Assembly: GCF_009914755.1 (NCBI RefSeq)
Contig: NC_060944.1
Reading direction: 5' to 3' (one strand)
DNA from: the human T2T-CHM13v2.0 reference genome, Homo sapiens
DNA length: 64,000 nt
Each line of letters opens with the position of its first letter. The first letter of the stretch is position 1. The notes beneath the pieces were generated by a model. It saw only the letters and a list, made by a program, of their open reading frames with translations, was not told where the DNA came from and did not search any database. The translations under genes were made by a program, and so were the position numbers. Of this stretch, positions 15,001-27,600 are shown one piece after another.

Positions 15001-16990
15001 GAATTAACGCTAGTGGAATGGAATGGAATGGAATGGAATGGAATCAACCTGAGTGGAATGGAATGGAATGCAATGAAATGGAATGGAATGGTTGGAATGG
15101 AATGGAATGGACTCAAAACGAGTGGAATGGAATGGAATGGAAATGAAAGGAATAGAATGGAATGGAAACAACTCGAGTGGAATGGAGTGGAATGCAATGG
15201 AATGGTATGGAATGGAATGGAATGGAATGGAATAGAATGTAATAGAATGGATGCAAAACGAGTGGAATGGAATGTAATGGAATGGGATAGATTGGAAACA
15301 AACCGAGTGGAATGGAATGCAATGGAATGGAATGGAATAAATTGCAATGGAATGGAATGGAATGCAATGGAATGGAATCAACCCGTGTGGAATGGAATGG
15401 AATGGAATGGAATGGAATGGAATGGAATGGAATGGAATGGAATGGAAAGCAATGCAATGGAATGGAATCAACCAGAATGGAATGGAATGGAATGGAATGG
15501 AATGGAATGGAATGGAATGGAATCAACCCGAGTGGAATGCAATGGAATGGAAAGGAATGGAATGGAATAAACCCGAGTGAAATGCAATGGAAAGTTACGG
15601 AATGGATGGAAAGGAATAGAATTGAAGGGAATGGAATGGAATGGAATCAACCAGAATGAACTGGAATTGAAAGGAACGGAATGGAAATTAATGGAATGGA
15701 ATGGAATGTAATCAACCCGAGTTGAATGGAATGGAATGGAATGCAATGGAAACAACCTGAGTGGAATCGAAAGGATTGGAATGGAATGGAGTGGAATCAA
15801 CCCAAGGAGAATGGAATGGAATGGAATGGAAAGGAATGGAATGGAATGGAATGGAATGGAATGGAATGGAATGGAATCAACCCCATTGGAATGGAAAGGA
15901 TTGGAATGGAACGGAGTGGAATCAACCCAACGGGAATGGAATGGAGTGGAATGAAATGGAATGGAATGGAATAGAATGGAATGGAATGGAATGGAATGAA
16001 ATGGAATGGAATGGAATGGAATGGAATGGAATGGAATGAAATCAACCCGAGCGGTACGGAATGTTATGTAATGGGATGGAATTGATTGGAATGGAGTGGA
16101 TTGGAATCTATCTGAGTGGAATGGAAAGGAATGCATTGGAATGGAATGGAATAAACCCGATTAGAATGCAATGGACAGGAATGGAATCGAATAGAATGGA
16201 ATGGCATTGAATGGGAACAAGAGTGGAATGGAATGAAATGGAATGGATTGGAATGGAATGGAATCCACCCTAGAGGAATGTAATGGAAAGGAATGGAATG
16301 GAGTGGAATCAAACCGAGTCGAATGGAATGGTATGGAATGAAATGAAATAGAATGGAATTGAATGGAATGGAGTGGAATGGATAGGGATGGTATGGAATT
16401 AAACCGAGTGGAGTAGAATGGAATTCAATGGAATGGAATGGAATAAATTGCACTGGAATTGAATGGAATGCAATGGAATGGAATCAACCCGTGTGGAATG
16501 GAATGGAATGGAATGGAATGGAATGGAATGGAATGGAATGGAATGGAATGGAATGGAATGGAAAGCAATGCAATGGAATGGAATCAACCAGAATGGAATG
16601 GAATGGAATGAAATGGAATGGAAAGGAATCGAATGGAATTACCCCGAGTGGAATGCAATGGAATTGAAAGGAATGGAATGGAATAAATCCGAGTGAAATG
16701 CAATGGAAAGTTATGGAACGGATGGAATGGAATGGAAGGGAATGGAATGGAATGGAATGGAATCAACCAGAGTGAAATGGAATTGAAAGGAACTTAATGG
16801 AATTTAATGGAATGGAATGGAATGGAATCAACCCGAGTTGAATGGAATGGAATGGAATGCAATGGAATAAAACCGAGTGGAATGGAAAGGATTGGAATGG
16901 AATGGAGTGTAATCAACCCAAGGAGAATGGAATGGAATGGAATGGAATGCAATGGAATGGAATGGAATGGAATGGAATGGAATGGAATGG
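1..16990 (+). repeat. ~9.78 kb higher-order tandem repeat, ~1.7 near-identical copies visible
   Basis: Sequence at position 1 (GGAATGAACAAAAGTGG...) recurs at 9,782. Identical or near-identical ORFs pair up: 44/9825, 631/10412, 1784/11555, 3827/13598, 4886/14652, 6298/16064, 7026/16807 (offsets 9,766-9,781). Identity ends at ~7,210/~16,990. Confidence 0.95.
8225..8985 (+). repeat. ~380 bp direct tandem duplication (2 copies)
   Basis: TGGAAAGCAATTGAATGGAATGGAATCCACCAGAGTGGAATGGAGTTGAATGGCATGGAGTCAACCCGAG at 8,241 and 8,621. TGCATTTCAA at 8,486 and 8,861. ORFs 8290/8670 start identically. Confidence 0.93.
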
Positions 16991-18659
16991 AATAGAATCA
17001 ACCCGATTGTAATGGAAAGGATTGCAATGGAATGGAGTGGAATCAACCCAAGGAGAGTGGAATGGAATCAAATGGAATGGAATGAAATGGAATGGAATGG
17101 AATGGAATGGAATGGAATGAAATCAACCCGAACGGTACGGAATGGAATGTAATCGGATGGAATTGATTGGAATGCAGTGGATTCGAATCTATCCGAGTGG
17201 AATGGAAAGCAATGGAATGGAATGGAATGGAATAAACCCGATTAGAATGCAATGGACGGGAATGGAATCGAATAGAATGGAATGGCATTGAATGGGAACA
17301 ACAAGAGTGGAATGGAATGGAATGGAATGGCTTGGAATGGGATGCAATCCACCCGAGAGGAATGTAATGGAAAGGAATGGAATGGAGTGGAATCAACCCG
17401 AGTCGAATGGAATGGTATGGAATGAGATGGAATGGAATGGAATGGTATGGAATGGAATGGAATCGGATGGAAAGGAAAGGAATGCAATGGAATCAAAACG
17501 AGGGGAATGGAATGGAATGGAAAGGAATGGAATGGAATTCAATAGGATCAACCCGAGTGGAATGGAATGGAAAGGAATATCATGGAATAGAATTGAATGG
17601 AAAGGAATGGAATGGAATCCAATCCAGTGTAAAGGAATGGAATGGAAAGGAATGGAATGGAATGGAATGGAATAAATTCGACTGGAATGGAATGGAATGC
17701 AATGTAATATGATGGAAAGGAATGGAATCCACCTGAATGGAATGGAAAGGAATGGAATGGAATGGAATGGAATGGATTGGAATGGAATCAACCCGAGTGG
17801 AATGGAATGGAATGGAATGGAATGGAATGGAATGGAATGGAATGGAATGGAATGGAATGAAATGGAATGGAATGGAATGGAATGGAATGGAATCGAATGG
17901 AATGGAATGGAAAGGAATGGAATCAACCCGAGTGGAATGGAATGAAATGGAATGCAATGGAATGGAATGGAATCAACCCGAGTGGAATGCACTAGAATGG
18001 AATGGAGTGGAATGGAATGAAATTGATTGGAATCAACAACGCGTGGAATGTAGTGGATTCGAATAAAAGGTAATGATCCCGAGAGGAATGGAATGCAATG
18101 GAATGGAATGGAATGGAATGGAATGGAGTGGAAAGGAATGGAATGGAATGGAATAGAGTGGAATGGAATGGAATGGAATGGAATGGAATGGAATGGAATG
18201 GAATGGAGTGGAATGGAATCGGATGGAATGGAATGTACCCTAGTGGAATGGAATGGAATGCAACGGAATCAACCTGAGTGGAATGGAATAGAATGCAATG
18301 AAATGGAATGGAATGGTTGGAATGGAATGGAATGGACTCAAAACGAGTGGAATGCAATGGAATAGAAATGAATGGAATGGAACGGAACGGAAACAACCCG
18401 AGTGGAATGGAGTGGAATGCAATGGAATGTTATGGAATGGAATCCAATAGAATATAATAGAATGGAATCAAAACGAGTGGAATGGAATGGAATGGAATGG
18501 AATAGATTGGAAACAAACCGAGAGATATGTAATGCAATGGAATGGAATGGAATGGAATGCAATGGCATGGAATGGAATGGAATGGAATGGAATGGAATGG
18601 AATGGAATGGCACGGCATGGAATGGAATGGAATGGAATGGAATGGAAAGGAATGGAATG

Positions 18660-21600
18660 GAATGGAATGGAATGGATGGAATTGAATCAAACCGAGTTGA
18701 ATGTAATGTAATGTAACGTAATGGATTGGAAGGGAATGGAATGGAAAGAAATGGAATGTAATGGAATGGAATGGAAACAAACCTAGTGGAATGGAATGGA
18801 AAAGAAAGGAATGGAATGAAATGGAATGGAATGAAATCAACACGGCTGGAATGGAATTGAATGGAATAGAAAGCAATGGAATGGAATGGAATCCATTCGA
18901 GTGGAATGCAATTCAATGGAATGGAATGCAATCCCCTCGAGTGGAATGGAACGGAATCGAATGGAAAGGAATGGAATGGAATCAACACGAGTGAAATGGA
19001 ATGGAATGGATTGGTATGGAATGGAATGGAATGGAATGTAATGGAATGGAATGGAATGGAATGGAATCAAAACGAGTGTAAAGGAATGGAATGGAAAGGA
19101 AGGGAATGGAATGGAATGGAATGGAATGGAATGGAATGGAATGGAATTCAATGGAATGCAATGGAACGGAGTGGATTGGAATCAAACCGAGTGGAATGGA
19201 ATGGAATTGAATGGAATGGAAAGGAATCAAAACGAGTGGAATGGAATGCAATAGAATGGAATGGAATGGAATGGAATGGAGTGTATTGTAATCAAACCGA
19301 GTGGAATGGAATGGAATGGAATTGAATGGAATGGAATGGAAACGAATGGAATGGAATGAAATCAACCCGAGTGAATGGAATTGAATGGAATGGGATGGAA
19401 TAGAATGGAATGTTAAGGAATTGCATCAATCAGAGTGGAATGGAAAGAAATTGAATAGAATGAAATGGAATGGAATGCCTTGGAATGGAATGGAATCAAC
19501 CTGAGTGGAATGAAATGGAATGGAATGGAATGGAATGGAATGGAATGGAATGGAATAGAATGCAATGAATTGGAATGGATTGGAATCGAATGCAATCAAC
19601 CCGAGTGGAATGGAATAGAATGGAATGGAATGGAATGGAATGGAATGGAATGGAATGGAATGGAATGGAATGCAATCGAGTCAACCGGAGTGGAATGGAA
19701 TGGAATGGAACGCAATAGAATGGAATGGAATGGAATGGTAAGGAATGCGAAGGAATGGAATCAAACCGAGTGTAACAGGGTAGAATGGAATCCAAAGGAA
19801 TGGAATGGAATGGAATGGAATAAACCGGAGTGGAATGGAATAAAATGGAATGGAATGGAGTGGAATGGAATGGAATGTAATGGAATGGATTGGACTGGAA
19901 TGGAGTTCTCCCGATTGGATTGGAGTGGAATGGAATCGAATGGAATGGAATCAAACCGATTGGAATGCAGTGGATTGGAATGTAATGGAATTGAATGGAA
20001 TGGAATGGAATGGAATGGAAGGGAATGGAATGGAATGGAATGGAATGGAATGGTATGGAATGGAATGGAATGGAATGGAATAGAATGGAATGGAATGGAA
20101 TGCATTGCAATGGAATGGAATGGAATGGAGTGGAATGGAATGGAATGGAATGAAATGGAATGAACCCGAGTGGAATGGAATGGAATAGAATGGAATGGAA
20201 TTGAATGGAATGGGATGGAATCAACACAAGTGGAATAGAATGGATTGGAAAGAATGGAATGGAAAGGAGTGGAATCAATCCGAGTTGAATGGAATGGAAT
20301 GGAGTGGAATGGAACGAGATGGGATGGAATGGAATGGAATGGAATCAAACCGAATGGAATGGAATGGAATGGAATGGAACGGTATGGAATGGAATGGAAT
20401 GGACTGGAATGGAATGGAATGGAATTTAATGGAATCAACACGAATCGTATGAAATGGAATGCAATGGAATGGAATGGAATGGATTGGAATGGAATGGAAT
20501 CAACCCGAGTAGAAAGGAATGGAATGGAATGAAATGGAATGGAATGAAATGGAATGGAATGGAATCAACCCGAGTGGAATGGAATGGAATGCAATGGAAT
20601 GGAATGGAATGGAATGGAATGGAATGGAATGGAATGGAATAAACCAAATTGGAATGGAATGGAATGGAGTGGATGGAAAGGAATGGGATGGAATGGAATC
20701 ACCCCGAGTGGAATGTAATGGAATGGAATGGAGTGGAATGAAATGGGATGTAATGAATCCGAGTGGAATGGACTGGAATGGACTGGAATGGAATGGAATG
20801 GAATGGAATGGAATAGAGTGGATTGTAATCAAAACTAGTGGAATGGAATTGAATGGAATAGAATGGAATGGAATTGAAACGAATGGAATGGAATGAAATC
20901 AACCCGAGTGGAATGGAATTGAATGGAATGGGATGGAATAGAATGGAATGGAAAGGAATTGCATCAATCAGAGTGGAATGGAAAGAAATGGAATAGAATG
21001 AAATGGAATGGAATGCCTTGGAATGGAATGGAATCCACCTGAGTGGAATGGAATGGAATGGAATGGAATGGAATGGAATGGAATAGAATGCAATGAATTG
21101 GAATGGATTGGAATCGAATGCAATCAACCGGAGTGGAATGGAATAGAATGGAATGGAATGGAATGCAATGCAATGGAATGGAATGGAATAGAATGCAATC
21201 GAATCAACCAGAGTGGAATGGAATGGATGGAATGGAAAGGAATGTGAAGGAATGGAATCAAACCGAGTGTAACAGCGTAGAATTGAATCCAATGGAATGG
21301 AATGGAATGGAATGGAATAAACCGGAGTGGAATGGAATAAAATGGAATGGAATGGAGTGGAATGGAATGGAATGGAATGGAATGGAATGGAATGGAATGG
21401 AATGGATTGGACTGGAATGGAGTTCTCCCGATTGGAATGGAGTGGAATGGAATCGAATGGAATGGAATCAACCCGATTGGAATGCAGTGGATTGGAATGT
21501 AATGGAATTGAATGGAATGGAATGGAATGGAATGGAATGGAATGGAATGGAATGGAATGGATTCAACCAGAGTGGAAAAGAATGTAAAGGAGTTAAATTG

Positions 21601-24600
21601 AATGGAATGGAATGGAATGGAATGGAATCAACCCGATTGGAATGGAATGGAATGGAATAGAATGCAATGAATTGGAATGGATTGGAATCGAATGCAATCA
21701 ACCAGAGTGGAATGGAACAGAATGGAATGGAATGGAATGCAATGCAATGGAATGGAATGGAATGGAATGAAATGGAATGCAATCGAATCAACCGGAGTGG
21801 AATGGAATGGAATGGAATGGAAAGGAATGTGAAGGAATGTAATAAAACCGAGTGTAACAAGGTAGAATTGAATCCAATGGAATGGAATGGAATGGAATGG
21901 GATAAACCGGAGTGGAATGGAATAAAATGGAATGGAATGGAGTGGAATGGAATGGAATGCAATGGAATGGAATGGAATGGACTGGAATGGAGTTCTCCCG
22001 ATTGTAATGGAGTGGAATGGAATCGAATGGAATGGAATCAACCCGATTGGAATGCAGTGGATTGGAATGTAATGGAATTGAATGGAATGGAATGGAATAG
22101 AAGGGAATGGAATGGAATGGAATGGAATGGAATCGATTCAACCCGAGTGGAAAAGAATGTAAAGGAGTTAAATTGAATGGAATGGAATGGAATGGAATGG
22201 AATGGAATCAACCCGATTGGAATGGAATGGAATGGAATGGAATGGAATGGAATGGAATGAAATTGAATGGAATGGAATGGAATGGAATGAAATCGAATCA
22301 ACCTGAGTGGAATGGAATGGAATGGAATGGAATGAAATGGAATGGAATGGAATGGAACGGAATGGAATGGAATGGAACAGAACGGAATCAACGTGAGAGG
22401 AAGCAAAGGAATTGAATGGAATGGAATGGAATAGAAGGCAATGGAATCAACCGGAGTGGAATGGAATGGAATGGATGGAATGGAATCAACACGAATGGAA
22501 TGGAATGGAATGGAATGGAATGGAATGGAATGGAATGGAATGCAATGGATGGAATGGAATGGAATGGAATGGAATGGATGGAATGGAATCAACACGAATG
22601 GAATGGAATGGAATGGAAAGGAAAGGAATGGAAAGGAATCAACCCAAGTGGAAAGGAATGGAATGGAATGGAATGGAATGGAATGGAATGGAATGGAATG
22701 GAATGGATGGAATTGAATCAAACCGAGTTGAATGTAATGTAATGTAACGTAATGGATTGGAAGGGAATGGAATGGAAAGAAATAGAATGTAATGGAATGG
22801 AATGGAAACAAACCTAGTGGAATGGAATGGAAAAGAAAGGAATGGAATGAAATGGAATGGAATGAAATCAACACGGCTGGAATGGAATTGAATGGAATGG
22901 AAAGCAATGGAATGGAATGGAATCCATTCGAGTGGAATGCAATTCAATGGAATGGAATGCAATCCCCTCGAGTGGAATGGAACGGAATCGAATGGAAAGG
23001 AATGGAATGGAACCAACACGAGTGAAATGGAATGGAATGGATTGGTATGGAATGGAATGGAATGGAATGGAATGGAATGGAATTGAATTGAATGGAATGG
23101 AATCAAAACGAGTGTAAAGGAATGGAATGGAAAGGAAGGGAATGGAATGGAATGGAATGGAATGGAATGGAATGGAATTCAATGGAATGCAATGGAACGG
23201 AGTGGAATGGAATCAAACCGAGTGGAATTGAATGGAATTGAATGGAATGGAAGGGAATCAAACCGAGTGGAATGGAATGCAATAGAATGGAATGGAATGG
23301 AATGGAATGGAATGGAGTGTACTGTAATCAAACCGAGTGGAATGGAATGGAATGGAATTGAATGGAATGGAAAGGAAACGAATGGAATGGAATGAAATCA
23401 ACCCGAGTGGAATGGAATTGAATGGAATGGGATGGAATAGAATGGAATGGAAAGGAATTGCATCAATCAGAGTGGAATGGAAAGAAATGGAATAGAATGA
23501 AATAGAATGGAATGCCTTGGAATGGAATGAATCAACCTGAGTGGAATGGAATGGAATGGAATGGAATGGAATGGAATGGAATGGAATGGAATACAATGCA
23601 ATGAATTGGAATGGATTGGAATCGAATGGAATCAACCCGAGTGGAATGGAATAGAATGGAAAGGAATGGAATGGAATGGAATGCAATGGAATGGAATGGA
23701 ATGGAATGCAATCGAGTCAACCGGAGTGGAATGGAATGGAATGGAATGGAATGGAATGGAATGGAATGGAATGGAATGGAATGGAATGCGAAGGAATGGA
23801 ATCAAACCGAGTGTAACAGGGTAGAATGGAATCCAAAGGAATGGAATGGAATGGAATGGAATAAACCGGAGTGGAATGGAATAAAATGGAATGGAATGGA
23901 GTGGAATGGAATGGAATGGAATGGAATGGATTGGACTGGAATGGAGTTCTCCCGATTGGATTGGAGTGGAATGGTATCGAATGGAATGGAATCAACCCGA
24001 TTGGAATGCAGTGGATTGGAATGTAATGGAATGTAATGGAATGGAATGGAATGGAATGGAATAGAATGGAATGGAATCGAACGGAATGCATGGGAATGGA
24101 ATGGAATGGAATGGAATGGAATCAACCCGAGTGGAATGGAATGGAATAGAATGGAATGGAATTGAATGGAATGGGATGGAATCAACACAAGTGGAATAGA
24201 ATGGATTGGAAAGAATGGAATGGAAAGGAGTGGAATCAATCCGAGTTGAATGGAATGGAATGGAGTGGAATGGAACGAGATGGGATGGAATGGAATGGAA
24301 TGGAATCAAACCGAATGGAATGGAATGGAACGGTATGGAATGGAATGGAATGGACTGGAATGGAATGGAATGGAATTTAATGGAATCAACACGAATCGTA
24401 TGAAATGGAATGCAATGGAATGGAATGGAATGGATTGGAATGGAATGGAATCAACCCGAGTAGAAAGGAATGGAATGGAATGAAATGGAATGGAATGGAA
24501 TCAACCCGAGTGGAAGGGAATGCAATGGAATGCAATGGAATGGAATGGAATAAACCAAATTGGAATGGAAAGGAATGGAGTGGATGGAATGGAATGGGAT

Positions 24601-24690
24601 GGAATGGAATCAAACCGAGTGGAATGTAATGGAATGGAATGGAGTGGAATGAAATGAGATGTAATGAATCCGACTGGAATGGACTGGAAT
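18660..24690 (+). repeat. Nested duplication block: ~2.1 kb segment repeated at ~3.9-4.0 kb offset, with an internal partial copy and a ~570 bp tandem
   Basis: ORFs 18761/22792 (offset 4,031) and 20195/24156 (offset 3,961) are near-identical. TTGCATCAATCAGAGTGG at ~19,421, ~20,959, ~23,458. AGTTCTCCCGATTG at ~19,904, 21,421, 21,991, ~23,945. Confidence 0.88.
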
Positions 24691-27600
24691 GGAATGGAAT
24701 GGAATGGAATGGAATGGAATGGAATGGAATTTAATTTAATGAACACGAGTGGAATGGAATCTAATGGAATGGAATGGAATGGATTCAACTATAGTGGAAC
24801 AGAATTGAAAGGCGTGAAATTGAATGGAATGGAATGGAATTGAATGGATTCTACCCGAATGGAATGGAATGGAACGGAATTGAATGGAATGGAATGGAAT
24901 TGAATGGAATGGAATGGAATGGAATGGAATGGAATGAAATAGAATCAACCCGAGTGGCATGGAATGGAATGGAAAGGAATGGAATGGAATGGAATCAACC
25001 TGGGAGGAAAGCAAAGGAATTGAATGGAATGGAATGGAATGGAATAGAATGCAACGGAATCAACCCGAGTGGAATGGAATGGAATGGAATGGAATGGAAT
25101 GGAATGGAAAGGAAAGGAATCAACACGAGTGGAATGGAAAGAAATGGAATAGAATGAAATGGAATGGATGGAATTGAATCAACCCGAGTTGAATGTAGTG
25201 TAATGTAACGTAATGGAATGAAATGGAATGGAATGGAATCAACTGGAGTGGAATGGAATGGAACGGAATGCAATGGAATGGAATAGAATGGAATGGAATG
25301 GAATGGAATGGAATAAACCAAAGTGGAATGGAATGGAATGGAATGGAGTGGATGGAATGGAATGGGTTGCAATGGAATCAACCCGAGTGGAATGTAATGG
25401 AACGGAATGGAGTGGAATGCAATGGGATGTAATGAATCCGAGTGGAATGGACAGGAATGGAATGGAATTGAATGGAATGGAATGGAATGGAATGGAATGG
25501 AATGGAATGGATTCAACCCTAGTGGAACAGAATGGAAAGGGGTGAAATTGAGTGGAAAGGAATGGAATTGAATGGATTCTACCCGATTGGAATGGAATGG
25601 AACGGAATGGAATGGAATGGAATTGAATGGAATGGAATGGAATGGAATGGAATGGAATGGAATGAAATAGAATCAACCAGAGTGGCATGGAATGGAATGG
25701 AATGGAATGGAACGGAATCAACCTCAGAGGAAGGCAAAGGAATTGAATAGAATGGAATGGAATGGAAAGGAATGGAATAGAATGCAATGGAATCACCCCG
25801 AGTGGAATGGAATGGAATGGAATACAATGGATGGAATGGAATGGAATGGAATGGATGGAATGGAATCAACCCCAATGGAAAGCAATTGAGTGGAAAGGAA
25901 TGGAAAGGAATCAACCTGAGTGGAACGGAATGGAATGAATGGAATGGAATGGAATGGAATGGAATGGAATGGAATGGAATGGAATTTAATCAACCCGAAT
26001 GGAATGGAATGGAATGGAATGGAATGGAATGGAATGGAATGGAATCAACCCGAGTGAAATACAAAGGAATGGAATGGAATGGAATGGAATGGAAGGGAAT
26101 GGAATGGAATCAAAACGAGTGGAATGGAAAGAAATGGACTGGAATGAAATGGAATGGATGGAATTGAATCAACCCGAGTTGAATGTAGTGTAATGTAAAG
26201 TAATGGAATGGAAGGGAATGGAATGGAAAGGAATGGAATGGAATGGAATGGAATGGATTGGAAACAAACCTAGTGGAATGGAATGGAAAGGAAAGGAATG
26301 GAATAAAATGGAATGGAATGGAATCCCCTCCAGTGGAATGGAACGGAATCGAATGGAACGGAATGGAATGGAATCAACACGAGTGAAATGGAATGGAATG
26401 GATTGGTATGGAATGGAATGGAATGGAATGGAATGGAATGGAATGGAATGGAATGGAATGGAATGGAATCAAAACGAGTGTAAAGGAATTAAATGGAAAG
26501 GAAGGGAATGGAATGGAATGGAGTCAACCCGAGTGGAATGGAATGGAATAGAATGGAATGGAATGGAATTCAATGGAATGCAATGGAATGGAGTGGAATG
26601 GAATCAAACCGAGTTGAATTGAATGGAATTGAATGGAATGGAAAGGAATCAACACGAGTGGAATGGAATGGAATAGAATGGAATGAAATGGAATGGAATG
26701 GAAGGGAATGGAATGAACCGCAGTGGAAAGGAATTGAATGGAATGCAATGCAATGGAATGGAAGGGAATGGAATCACCCCGAGTGGAATGGAACGGAACG
26801 GAATGGAACAGAATGGAATGGAATGGAATGGAATGGAATGGATGGAATGGAATCAAATCGAGTGGAATGGAATGGAATATAATGGAATGGAACGGAATGG
26901 AATGGAATCAATCCGAGTGGAATGGAATGGAATGGAATGGACTGGAATGGAATGGATGGAATGGAATCAACACGAGTGGAATGTAATGTAATGGAATGGA
27001 AGGGAATGGAATTTAATGCAATAAACCCGAATGTAACCAAATGGAATGGAATGGAATGGAATGGAATGGAATGGAATGGAATGGAATGGAATGGAATGGA
27101 ATGGAATCAACCCGAGTGGAATGTGATGTAACGTAATGTAGTGGAATGCAATGGAATGGAATGGAATGGAATGGAATGGAATTGAATGGAATGGAATGGA
27201 ATCAACCCGAGTGGAATGGAATGGAGTGCAGTGGAATGGATTGGAAAGGATTGGAATGGATTCGAATATAATGGAATGGAATGCAATCAAACCGAGTGGA
27301 ATGATATGGAATGGAATGGAATGGAGTGGAATGGAATGGAATGGAATGGATTTAACCCGAGTGGAATTGAATGGAATGGATTGGAATGCAATGCAATGGA
27401 AGGGAATGGAATGGATTCAACTCGAGTGGAATGGAATGGAATGCAATGGAATGGATTGGAATGGAATCAACCCGAGGGGAATGGAATGGAATGGAATGGA
27501 ATGGAATGGAATGAAATGGAATCAACCCGAGTGGAATGCAATGGAATGGAATGCAGTGGAATGGAATGCACTGGAATGGAATGCAGTGGAATGGAATCAA

